From positions 128,889-192,888 of the forward strand of contig DASPJJ010000033.1 in NCBI GenBank assembly GCA_035628635.1: 64,000 nt of DNA, given 5' to 3'. How positions within the stretch are numbered: position 1 is the first letter of the stretch; every line of letters begins with the position of its first letter. This DNA comes from Allosphingosinicella sp. Its GTDB lineage: Bacteria > Pseudomonadota > Alphaproteobacteria > Sphingomonadales > Sphingomonadaceae. The notes below the pieces were generated by a model. It saw nothing but the letters and a program-made list of their open reading frames with translations. It made no database searches and had not been told where the DNA came from. Positions 53,859 to 62,558 of this stretch are shown here, piece after piece. Position numbers and translations under genes: made by a program.

Positions 53859-54674
53859 TCAGGCTCCGGCCTTCGCCTTCGCCTTATGCGACACCCAGTC
53901 ATGGGTCTCGTCGACTGCGTCCCGGCACCAGCGGTAGAAAGCGTCGTAGAGCAGCATACCGGCCTCGAGCTGCTCTTGGTCGTCGGCGAACATGCGGCTG
54001 AGCCCGAGCGAGGCCGCGAGCAGCCCCGCCGCCTGCGCCGCCAGCTCGGGGCGCGCGGTGTCGGCACCGCGAACGATGGTGGCAAGGCGCCGCAGCGCGT
54101 CGACCTCGCCAAGGCCGAGCTCTTCGACCATGACGTCGAACGTGCAGCGCTCGCCGCGGTGGCTCCAGAAGACGCCGTCGACGTCGAACGGCGCCGCGTC
54201 CAGACTTTCCCCGACGCCGGCCACATCCGCCGGAGCCGCAAACAGGAAGACGGCCTCCGGATCGACGAACCGGCGGATCAGCCAGGGGCAGGCGATCCGA
54301 TCGACCTTCGGCCGCGCCCGCGTCACCCAGAGGGTGCGGCCCTGCCCGTCGCGCGGCGGCAGCACGGCTTCGCGCACCAGCGGCAACCCCGCCCCCGCCC
54401 ATCCCTCGGCTCCGCCTTCGAGAGTTTCCGCGCGGACGCCGCGGTGACGAAGCCAGGCCGCGACCGCGGGACTCGCTTCGGCCCCGTCGCGGCACACGAC
54501 GACCGCGGAGCGCCCGGCGAACGCCTCCGCCCAGCGCGAGGCCGCGTCCGGCGCACGCCGCAGCGAGGCTGGAATGAAATCGCCGCCGGCCCGCAGGTCG
54601 ATCAGCGCGGGAGCGGCGGGCATGCCGATCAATCGGGCGAGCTTGTCGGCAGAGATGCTGTTGAGAGCGGGCAT
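53859..54674 (-). CDS. chrB: ChrB chromate resistance protein (rhodanese plus ChrB domain)
   Basis: WVTRARPKVDRIACPWLIRRFVD, SHRGERCTFD, YDAFYRW. Confidence 0.9.
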   Translation of the reverse strand: MPALNSISADKLARLIGMPAAPALIDLRAGGDFIPASLRRAPDAASRWAEAFAGRSAVVVCRDGAEASPAVAAWLRHRGVRAETLEGGAEGWAGAGLPLVREAVLPPRDGQGRTLWVTRARPKVDRIACPWLIRRFVDPEAVFLFAAPADVAGVGESLDAAPFDVDGVFWSHRGERCTFDVMVEELGLGEVDALRRLATIVRGADTARPELAAQAAGLLAASLGLSRMFADDQEQLEAGMLLYDAFYRWCRDAVDETHDWVSHKAKAKAGA

Positions 54675-54776
54675 GCGGCGTCCTTTCCAAAGAGGACGCG
54701 ATTCTTCGGCATGTCGCCTCGTGGGGCGATCGCAGGCCCCATGCGCGCATAAGAAACGAGCCGTAGCCGGTGTCAA
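54675..54776 (-). promoter_or_regulatory. chrB promoter and structured 5' leader
   Basis: TTGACA at 54776-54771; hairpin GGGGC/GCCCC; SD-covering hairpin GCGTCCT/AGGACGC. Confidence 0.55.
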
Positions 54777-54787
54777 GCACCCCGGGC

Positions 54788-54955
54788 CGTCATCCCGGCG
54801 ATGGCCGGGATCCCGTCGGGGGATGGGCAGAGGCGGTCGTGGAGCGCTCCAAAGGCGCCCTCGCCTTTCACCCCACGAAGCCCCGGCCTTCAGCCTGCGG
54901 CTGAAGTTTATCCTGAGCGCCTGCCTTGGCAGGCAGTCGAAGGGCCGGGACGACG
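54788..54955. repeat. Composite REP-like element, family D, with a nested insert
   Basis: CGTCATCCCGGCGATGGCCGGGAT...CCCGGCCTTC-[insert with TTTATCCTGAGCG...GTCGAAGG]-GCCGGGACGACG. Confidence 0.7.
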
Positions 54956-54963
54956 CGCTCTGG

Positions 54964-57324
54964 CTATTCCGCCGCCTGGTTGAACAGAGCCGAGCCGCTT
55001 GCCGGGACCGATGCCGCCTCGCGCTGCGCGTCCAGCTTGCGGAACGCCGCCAGCGCCTGTCCGACCACCTGGTCCATGTTGTAATAACGGTAGGTGGCGA
55101 GCCGGCCGACGAAGGTGACGCCCGCGGTCGCGTCCGCCAGCGCCTCGTATCTCTTGAACAAGGCCTGGTTCTCGGGCCGGGGAATCGGATAATAAGGATC
55201 GCCTTCGGCCGACGGATATTCGTAGGTGATGCTCGTCTTCGCGTGCTTCTGGCCGGTGAGGTGCTTGTATTCGGTGATGCGCGTATAGGGCACGTCCGGG
55301 CTGGGATAGTTCACCGTGGCCACGTCCTGGAACTGCTCCACGTTCTCGATCCGGTGCTCGAAGCGCAGGCTGCGGTAAGGCAGCTTGCCGAAGCGGAAAT
55401 CGAAATATTCGTCGATCGGCCCGGTATAGACGATATGGCCGGCGTCGATCCGGCCCTTCAGCTCCCGGAAATCCGCGCCGAGCAGCACGTCGATGTTCGG
55501 ATGGTCGAGCATCGTCTCGAACATCTTGGTATAGCCCTGTCTGGGCATGATCTGGTGCTTGTCGGCGAAATAGCGGTCGTCGGTATTGGTCCGGGTGGGA
55601 ATCCGGGCCGTCACGCTCTTGTCCAGCTCGGAGGGATCGATTCCCCACTGCTTGCGCGTATAGCCCTGGAAGAACAGCTCGTAGAGCTCGCGCCCGACCG
55701 CGGAGATGACCACGTCCTCGGACGTGCGGATCTCGTCCACCGGCTCCGCGCGCGAGGCGAGATAGGCGGCGGCCTCCTCGTCGGTCTCGAGGTCGAGGCC
55801 GAACAGCTTGTTGAGCGTCGTCCGGTTGATCGGGATCGGCACCAGCTGCCCGCGAACTTCGGCGAGGACGCGGTGCTCGTAGGGGCGCCATTCGGTGAAT
55901 TGCGACAGATAGTCGACGATGTCGTCCGAATTGGTGTGGAAGATGTGCGGGCCGTATTGGTGGATGAGGACGCCCGCTTCGTCGCGCACGTCGAAAGCGT
56001 TGCCGGCGATGTGCGGGCGGCGGTCGATCACCAGCACCCTGGCGTCGTGCTGGCTCGCCAGCCGCTCGGCGACCACCGAGCCCGCAAAGCCCGCGCCGAC
56101 GACCAGATAGTCGTAGCTGCGCCCCTCCGCGCCGGTGACGTAATTGGGGCCGCCCTTCGCGTCGCGCACCGCTTCGCCGACGAGGCCGCGCATGCGCGCG
56201 AAGGTGATGTCCCAGCTGAGGTTGGCGAGCTTGCTCTCGACCGTGCGGAGCCATTGGCCGCCGCCGCGGGCGAGCTCCAGCGCCTGCTCGCAGCCGCGGA
56301 TGAACTCCTCGGCGCCGTCCGCGATGATCACGCCTTCGAGGTCGCCATAGTGGCGAATGACGTCCGCGATCGGAGTCGACACGACCGGCCGGCCGCCCGC
56401 CAGATATTCCGGAGTCTTGGTCGGGCTGATGAAGCGCGTCGCCTCGTTGATCGCGAACGGCATCAAGGCCACGTCCCAGCCGCCGAGATAGGCCGGCAGC
56501 TCCTCGTAGGTCTTGCCGCCCAGATAATGGATGTTCGGCCGCTGCGGCAGGTCCTCCGGCTCGATCTTGACGACGGGTCCGACCATCATCACGGACCAGT
56601 CGGGATGCGCGTCGGCGAGGGCTTCGATGAGCGCCAGGTCCATGCGCTCGTCGATGACGCCGTAGAAGCCGAAGCGCGGCCGCGGCGCGGCCGCCTGGTC
56701 CTCGGGCTCGGCGTCGATCGCGCGGGCGGCGCCGAAATGGTCGCGGTCGACCGACGAGGGGAACGGGTGGACGTTCGGGTGGCGGCTCCTTTTGGCCTCG
56801 TAGAGGCTGTACCCGCCGGTGAACACGACGTCCGCGGCGTCGAACAGCTCGCTCTCGAGCGCGAGCAGCCGCGCCGGCGCGAAGCGGAAGTTGGCGAGCT
56901 CGTCCATGCAGTCGTAGACCGTCGCCGCCGCCGCGATGTGGCGCGAGAAAGGCAGCATCATCGGCGTGTAGTACCAGCGGACCAGGGGCCCCTTCTCGCC
57001 GGCGAGGAAGCCGTCGAGCAGCGCCTTGAGGACCCTTTCCTGCTCGGCCTCTTCCATTCCCTCGGGGAGCGAAGGGGTGACCACTACGACGCCGGTCTCG
57101 GCGCAGGTGCGCACGCCGAGCGCGGGCTCGCAGCCGGCGAGGGCGGCCTCGGGTTCCTCCCAGAAGATGACCCGCCGCTCCTGGGCGAAGCGGCTCATCA
57201 GATGCTGGGGCCGCTGGAAGACGAAATTCCACCTTAAGTGGGAAAAGCAGATGAGGCTGTTGTCGAACCGGAGCGACGCGAACTGTGTCTGCCCCAGCGA
57301 AGAGGCGGTGGTAAGCTGGATCAA
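54964..57324 (-). CDS. glf: Glycosyltransferase (GT-B) fused to UDP-galactopyranose mutase
   Basis: N-half SHLRWNFVFQRPQH, ISPTKTPEY; C-half GAGFAG, YGPHIFHTN, YYPIP, GRLATYRYYNMDQ; single frame. Confidence 0.92.
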   Translation of the reverse strand: MIQLTTASSLGQTQFASLRFDNSLICFSHLRWNFVFQRPQHLMSRFAQERRVIFWEEPEAALAGCEPALGVRTCAETGVVVVTPSLPEGMEEAEQERVLKALLDGFLAGEKGPLVRWYYTPMMLPFSRHIAAAATVYDCMDELANFRFAPARLLALESELFDAADVVFTGGYSLYEAKRSRHPNVHPFPSSVDRDHFGAARAIDAEPEDQAAAPRPRFGFYGVIDERMDLALIEALADAHPDWSVMMVGPVVKIEPEDLPQRPNIHYLGGKTYEELPAYLGGWDVALMPFAINEATRFISPTKTPEYLAGGRPVVSTPIADVIRHYGDLEGVIIADGAEEFIRGCEQALELARGGGQWLRTVESKLANLSWDITFARMRGLVGEAVRDAKGGPNYVTGAEGRSYDYLVVGAGFAGSVVAERLASQHDARVLVIDRRPHIAGNAFDVRDEAGVLIHQYGPHIFHTNSDDIVDYLSQFTEWRPYEHRVLAEVRGQLVPIPINRTTLNKLFGLDLETDEEAAAYLASRAEPVDEIRTSEDVVISAVGRELYELFFQGYTRKQWGIDPSELDKSVTARIPTRTNTDDRYFADKHQIMPRQGYTKMFETMLDHPNIDVLLGADFRELKGRIDAGHIVYTGPIDEYFDFRFGKLPYRSLRFEHRIENVEQFQDVATVNYPSPDVPYTRITEYKHLTGQKHAKTSITYEYPSAEGDPYYPIPRPENQALFKRYEALADATAGVTFVGRLATYRYYNMDQVVGQALAAFRKLDAQREAASVPASGSALFNQAAE

Positions 57325-57361
57325 AGTGGGCGCCTTCGTTTGTTTATCTGCCGTTCAGGAT

Positions 57362-57387
57362 AACGAGCGCCGCGCTTGGCGGGTTCC
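57362..57387 (-). promoter_or_regulatory. EcfG/SigT general-stress promoter
   Basis: GGAAC-N17-CGTT upstream of GT-glf. Confidence 0.7.
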
Positions 57388-57468
57388 CGCACTGCAGCAT
57401 GAATCGTGCTGATGCAGATTATATTTAATTGTCTGATTTATTGGGATTTACTGGGCCGGCTTGCGCGG

Positions 57469-57506
57469 TGTCCGCCCGCGGACGCCCCGCTGTCCGGAAT
57501 CGGACG
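57469..57506. promoter_or_regulatory. Paired enhancer-like palindromes
   Basis: TGTCCGCCCGCGGACG (57469) and TGTCCGGAATCGGACG (57491). Confidence 0.72.
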
Positions 57507-57570
57507 CTGCGCGCGACTGAAGGCCCAGGCCAGCCCCGTCTCCCTCAGAGGATCGGCGCCCTGCGGCGGT

Positions 57571-57586
57571 TGGCACGGCTCGTGCT
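57571..57586 (+). promoter_or_regulatory. Sigma54 promoter of the beta-barrel gene
   Basis: TGGCACGGCTCGTGCT, identical to the small-ORF promoter. Confidence 0.78.
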
Positions 57587-57652
57587 GCGATGAAACATGA
57601 CGCTTGCAACCCGCTACGAACGTGGCATGCTACGTTTGTAGCAGGAGGAAGG

Positions 57653-59749
57653 ATGACGAAGCTCAAAACGTCGGCGAAAGGCGTGTCGCGGGCGGCCCTC
57701 GCCTGCGCCCTCGCCTGTGCGGGCACGGCGGCATTCGCCCAGGCCGATGCGCCGGCGGCGGCACCCGCCGCCGCGCCTCCGAGCGCGGGCCCGCGCAGCT
57801 ATGCGCCGGCCGACCTCGCGCGCTATGCGCCGCGCACCGCGCTCGACATGATCCAGCGCATCCCCGCCTTCACCATCCGCGACGCGCCGCAGGAGCGCGG
57901 GCTCGGCCAGGCGACCGCGAACGTGCTGCTCAACGGCCGGCGGATCGGCGGCAAGTCGGACGACATCGTCGCCCAGCTCGGCCGCATCCCGGCTGCCAAC
58001 GTGGTGCGGATCGACATCGTCGACGGCGCGACGCTCGACGTCCCCGGCCTCTCCGGCGAGGTCGCCAACGTCATCACCCGCGCCACCCGCACCACCGGCC
58101 AGTTCACCTGGCGGCCCGAATTCCGCCTCCAGCACACGGATCCTTTGTTCACCCGGTTCGAGGTATCGGTGAGCGGCCAGACCGGCCCGGTCGAATGGAC
58201 GCTGGGGCTCGACAACCAGGCGAACCACAGCGGCGCCGGCGGGTTCACCTACATACGCGACGCGAACCGGGACTTCATCGAGCTGCGCGACGAGGTGTGG
58301 ACCTCCGAGAACAATCTGCCGCGCCTCAGCGGCCGCTTCGTCTATGACGGGCCGGGCAGCGCGGTCGGCAATCTCAATTTCTATTATCGACAATATTATC
58401 TCCACTATGACGAGACCGGCCTCCGCACCGGCCCCGGCCTCGCCGACCGCACCCGGACCGTCGTCCAGCGGACGGACGGCCACGACTACGAGCTCGGCGG
58501 CGATTTCGAGTTCCCGCTCGCCGGCGGTCGGCTGAAGCTGATCGGCCTCAACCGCTTCGATTCCGAGCCGCTCGACCAGATCGTCACGACCCGCTTCGCC
58601 AACGGCGCGCCCGCAGTGGGCACGCGCTTCGTGCGAGACGCCGACACCACCGAGCGCATCGCCCGCGCCGAATATCGCTGGCGGGGCGGCGGCGCCGACT
58701 GGCAGCTTTCGGGCGAATATGCGTTCAACCGGCTGGACGTCGTCTCCGGCGTGTTCGAGCTCCAGCCGGGCGGAGACTATCGCGAGCTGCCCTTCCCCGG
58801 CGGCACGGGAATCGTCCAGGAAGACCGCTACGAGCTGATGGGGAGCTACGGCCGGCCCCTCGCCGATAACCTCACCCTGCAGCTTTCCGCCGGCGGGGAA
58901 TATTCGCGCCTGAGCCAGGCCGGCGCGGGCGGCCTCACCCGCAGCTTCTGGAGGCCCAAGGGGCAGCTTGCGCTCGCCTGGCGGCCGGATCCGCGCACCA
59001 CCGTCAACCTCCGCCTCCAGCGCCGGGTCGGCCAGCTCAACTTCCTCGACTTCCTGCAGACGGCGAACTTTATCGACGACCGGCAGAATGCGGGGAATCC
59101 CGATCTCGTGCCGCCGCAGAGCTGGGAGCTCGATCTCGAGGGAATCCGCAACCTCGGCGCCTACGGCCAGACCTCGCTCAGGCTCTACGGGCGCCGCTAC
59201 GACGACATCGTCGACACCATCCCGATCGGCGCCACCGGCGAATCGCCCGGAAACATCGACCGGGCGACGCTGTACGGCGCGGAGTGGAAGGGGACCCTCA
59301 ACTTCGATCCGATGGGCTGGCGCGGCGCGCGGATGGACCTTCGCGCGCAGCTCCAGACCAGCAGCGTCGAGGACCCGCTCACCCACCAGCAGCGCGAGAT
59401 CAGCAACTCGCTGCTCCATCTGTTCGAGATGAGCCTGCGCCACGACGTGCCGGACACCGACTGGGCGTGGGGCGCCAGCCTCAGCAACTCGCTCAACGCC
59501 CACGATTACCGGCTGACCGAAGTCGGGCGGCTGTGGGAGGGGCCGGTCTGGACGACCCTGTTCGTCGAGAACAAGGATGTGTTCGGCCTCACCGTCCGCG
59601 CCTCGGTGACCAATCTCGGCGGCGCTGCGCGTTCGATGTGGGAGCGCACCGTCTATTCGGGCCGCCGCACCGGCCCGATCGCCTTCATCGAAGACCGCAA
59701 TCGCACCATCGGCCCGATCTTCTCCTTCCAGATCCGCGGCCGTTTCTGA
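57653..59749 (+). CDS. TonB-dependent receptor-like outer-membrane beta-barrel
   Basis: Signal peptide; plug-like region (NVLLNGRR, IPAANVVRIDIV); GNPDLVP; C-terminal Phe; AGGAGG SD. Confidence 0.85.
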   Translation: MTKLKTSAKGVSRAALACALACAGTAAFAQADAPAAAPAAAPPSAGPRSYAPADLARYAPRTALDMIQRIPAFTIRDAPQERGLGQATANVLLNGRRIGGKSDDIVAQLGRIPAANVVRIDIVDGATLDVPGLSGEVANVITRATRTTGQFTWRPEFRLQHTDPLFTRFEVSVSGQTGPVEWTLGLDNQANHSGAGGFTYIRDANRDFIELRDEVWTSENNLPRLSGRFVYDGPGSAVGNLNFYYRQYYLHYDETGLRTGPGLADRTRTVVQRTDGHDYELGGDFEFPLAGGRLKLIGLNRFDSEPLDQIVTTRFANGAPAVGTRFVRDADTTERIARAEYRWRGGGADWQLSGEYAFNRLDVVSGVFELQPGGDYRELPFPGGTGIVQEDRYELMGSYGRPLADNLTLQLSAGGEYSRLSQAGAGGLTRSFWRPKGQLALAWRPDPRTTVNLRLQRRVGQLNFLDFLQTANFIDDRQNAGNPDLVPPQSWELDLEGIRNLGAYGQTSLRLYGRRYDDIVDTIPIGATGESPGNIDRATLYGAEWKGTLNFDPMGWRGARMDLRAQLQTSSVEDPLTHQQREISNSLLHLFEMSLRHDVPDTDWAWGASLSNSLNAHDYRLTEVGRLWEGPVWTTLFVENKDVFGLTVRASVTNLGGAARSMWERTVYSGRRTGPIAFIEDRNRTIGPIFSFQIRGRF

Positions 59750-59766
59750 CCAGGGAGCTTCCGAAA

Positions 59767-60330
59767 ATGACCAAGACCATGTTCCTCGCCGCCGCGGCGG
59801 CGGCCCTTCTCGCGTTCCCGGCCGTCGCGCAAACGCCGATCCGTGTCGCAGCGTTCGACTCGCTCGAGCTTCGGGGCGGCGGCGAAGTCGTGCTCCGTCA
59901 CGGCGCGGCGCAGCGCGTCACCCTGATCAGCGGCGACCCGAATCTCGCGGCGATCGAGGTCGAGCCCGACGGCGACCTCGTCATCCGTCCCTGCCGCCGC
60001 TCCTGCCGCAACCAGCGCCTCGTCGTCGAGGTGGTGACGCCGCGCATCGATGCAGTGGCGATCACCGGCGGCGGGTCGATCCGCGCCGAAGGACGGTTCC
60101 CCGACCGCGAGTCCGTCGCTTTGGCGGTGACCGGCGGCGGCACGCTCGACGCACGCCGGCTGACTGTCGACAACGCCGTCACCGCGGTTGCCGGCGGCGG
60201 CCGCATCCGCACCGCTCCGCGGGAGACGCTGGTCGCCGCGATCCGCGGAGGCGGGACGATCCTCTATTCGGGCGATCCCGACAAGACCGTGGCCATTAAC
60301 GGCGGCGGGACGGTGACGCGGGACCGTTAG
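59767..60330 (+). CDS. GIN domain (DUF2807) secreted protein
   Basis: Signal peptide, FDSLELRGGGEV, GGG repeats. Confidence 0.82.
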   Translation: MTKTMFLAAAAAALLAFPAVAQTPIRVAAFDSLELRGGGEVVLRHGAAQRVTLISGDPNLAAIEVEPDGDLVIRPCRRSCRNQRLVVEVVTPRIDAVAITGGGSIRAEGRFPDRESVALAVTGGGTLDARRLTVDNAVTAVAGGGRIRTAPRETLVAAIRGGGTILYSGDPDKTVAINGGGTVTRDR

Positions 60331-61124
60331 GATTTCCGCGCGATCAGTTCGGCGACCAAAGGGGTGATCATCCGCGCATGCGGCGGCGCCCGGTCGAGCA
60401 CAGTCACCATGCTCGACGCTTCCTCCGCAGAGACGTAGCCGAGCGCGGCGAGACGCGCGGCGCCGGTCGCCATGAAGGCGGCCGGCCACTGCCAGACGGG
60501 ATCGTCGCGGCCGACGATGTCGACGAGCGGCCTGGTTTCGACCAGCTCCAGCCCGGCGGCGTCCAGCCATTGCGGCAAGGAGAGCGCCACGTCGGGTTCG
60601 CCGTCGGCGTCGCGCCAACTCCTGATCACCAGGTCGCGGAAGCGATCGAGTTCCGCATCCGCCGGCATCAGTCGCCAGCTGCTGTAATCGGCATATTCGT
60701 GGAAGACCGCGACTCCGCCCGGCTTGAGGGCGTCGGCGATGTGGCCGACGGTGCGTTCGGGCGCGGCGACGAAGGACAGCACCCAGCGGCACCAGGCCGC
60801 ATCGGCGAAGCCCTTGCCGAACGGCTCCTCCGCGACGTCCTGTGCGCGCACCTCGACATTCGCGAGCCGCCGCGCCCGCAACGCCGCGACGAAGCTTTCC
60901 GACCGCTCGAGCGCGATCACACGTCCCTCCGGCCCGACGATCCCGGAGAGGTCCGCGCTGGCCCAGCCGGGGCCGGCGCCGACGTCGATCACCGTCTGCC
61001 CGGCGCCGATCCCCGCCCGCGCCCAGACGTCGAGCACGCGCCCGCGCCACAGCCGATGCTGCATCCCCAGCCGCTCGATCTCGTCCGCCTCGGTGCCGAG
61101 AACGTAATCGCCATTCCCGCTCAT
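60327..61124 (-). CDS. Class I SAM methyltransferase
   Basis: YVLG...EIERL, IDVGAGPG, ALKPGG. Confidence 0.88.
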   Translation of the reverse strand: MSGNGDYVLGTEADEIERLGMQHRLWRGRVLDVWARAGIGAGQTVIDVGAGPGWASADLSGIVGPEGRVIALERSESFVAALRARRLANVEVRAQDVAEEPFGKGFADAAWCRWVLSFVAAPERTVGHIADALKPGGVAVFHEYADYSSWRLMPADAELDRFRDLVIRSWRDADGEPDVALSLPQWLDAAGLELVETRPLVDIVGRDDPVWQWPAAFMATGAARLAALGYVSAEEASSMVTVLDRAPPHARMITPLVAELIARKS

Positions 61125-61218
61125 CGCCCCGCTGATGCCGTGCGGCCGCTGCCGCTGCCACTCGTTTCTTGCGGTCAAAGGATGGAGCAGCCTTGACAGT
61201 CTACGAATTTCGTCGCAA

Positions 61219-61238
61219 GTTTCTGTCATGACAGAAAC
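61219..61238. promoter_or_regulatory. Perfect 20-bp palindrome over the regulator start codon
   Basis: GTTTCTGTCATGACAGAAAC; TTGACA at 61193. Confidence 0.65.
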
Positions 61239-61809
61239 GAGTGTCACGAGTCGGATGCCCGCCGCGGTCGAGAAGTTCGTCCTGCAATGGGGCGACATGG
61301 GCGGCCAGTGGGGCGTCAACCGCTCGGTCGCGCAGATCCACGCCTTGCTCTATCTGTCCGAACGGCCGCTCACCGCGGAGGGGATTGCCGAAACGCTCGG
61401 CATCGCCCGCTCCAACGTCTCGACCAGCCTCAAGGAGTTGCAGGGCTGGAAGCTCGTCCGCCGCGTCCCCGTTCTCGGCGACCGCCGCGATCATTTCGAG
61501 GCGGAGACCGATCTATGGGAAATGGCCACGCGGATCGCGGAGGGCCGCAAGGAGCGGGAAGTCGATCCGGCGGCCGCCGCCCTGCGCGCCTGCCGGGCCG
61601 AAGCCGAGGGCGACCCGCGAGTCTCGCCCACGGCGCAAAAGCGGCTCGCCGAGATGGACGACTTCGTGACCGCTCTCAGCCGCTGGTACGATCAGATGCT
61701 CGCGGTGCCGCCCTCCAAGCTGATGGCCCTGGTCAAGCTTGGGTCGCGGATCGTCAGCCTCGTCGGTCTCGGCGGCGGGCGCCGCCGGGAGGAGCGGGCA
61801 CCGGATTGA
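61228..61809 (+). CDS. GbsR/MarR family regulator
   Basis: FVLQWGDMGGQWGVNRSVAQIHALL, ARSNVSTSLKEL. Confidence 0.9.
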   Translation: MTETSVTSRMPAAVEKFVLQWGDMGGQWGVNRSVAQIHALLYLSERPLTAEGIAETLGIARSNVSTSLKELQGWKLVRRVPVLGDRRDHFEAETDLWEMATRIAEGRKEREVDPAAAALRACRAEAEGDPRVSPTAQKRLAEMDDFVTALSRWYDQMLAVPPSKLMALVKLGSRIVSLVGLGGGRRREERAPD

Positions 61810-61868
61810 GTTTTTTTGAGTAGTTGCTTCTCTTCTTACAGAAAGAGCAGCATAAACAGGAGGGTCGG

Positions 61869-62558
61869 GTGGCGCAGAGACGGGCCGAAATCGTCCCTTT
61901 CCCGACCCGCGCGCCGACTCCCGGCGAGCTCGGGGACCTCCGCTTCCGTCGCCTGGTCGGCGAAGGAGCCTGGGCGAAGCTCCCGGCACCGGTTCGCGCG
62001 CGCTTTTCGAAGCGTCTGAGCGGCGGCCGGACGGCGGTCTTTACCGGCGAAGTGGTCGAATGCCGGATGAGTCGGCTCGGCTTCGCGTTGGCGCAGCTCG
62101 CGCGGCTGATCGGCGCTCCGCTTCCGCTCTCGCGCGACTGCTGGCTCCCGGCGACAGTGACGGTCACCGAGGATTCGTGCTCAGGCGGCCAGCTCTGGAG
62201 CCGGATCTACGGCCGCCGCCGCGGCTTCCCCCAGGTGATACATTCGGCAAAGCGCTTCTGCGGTCCGACCGGCCTCGAGGAATATCTCGGCCGCGGCTTC
62301 GGCATTGCGCTGACCGTCCGCGTCGAGCGCGGGGCCCTCCATTTTCTTTCCAATCACTATTTCATGAGCGTCGGGCGCCTGCGCCTGCGCCTGCCGCGCT
62401 GGCTGTCGCCGGGCCAGATGACGGTCAGCCACGTCGAGTGCGGCGGCGGCCGCTTCGCTTTCGTCCTCAGCCTCGTCCATCCACTCTTCGGCGTGCTCGT
62501 GCGCCAGACGGCGATGTTCGACGAGCGCCGCGATCCTTCCGAAGCAGCGGTGTCATGA
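61869..62558 (+). CDS. DUF4166 domain protein
   Basis: WAKLPAPVRARF, LEEYLG, HPLFG. Confidence 0.8.
   Translation: MAQRRAEIVPFPTRAPTPGELGDLRFRRLVGEGAWAKLPAPVRARFSKRLSGGRTAVFTGEVVECRMSRLGFALAQLARLIGAPLPLSRDCWLPATVTVTEDSCSGGQLWSRIYGRRRGFPQVIHSAKRFCGPTGLEEYLGRGFGIALTVRVERGALHFLSNHYFMSVGRLRLRLPRWLSPGQMTVSHVECGGGRFAFVLSLVHPLFGVLVRQTAMFDERRDPSEAAVS

Noticed and set aside
57420-57450. AT-rich tract with an IHF-like match (AATCAGACAATTA, minus strand)
   Set aside because: Lies upstream of the enhancer pair rather than between enhancer and promoter; degenerate motif
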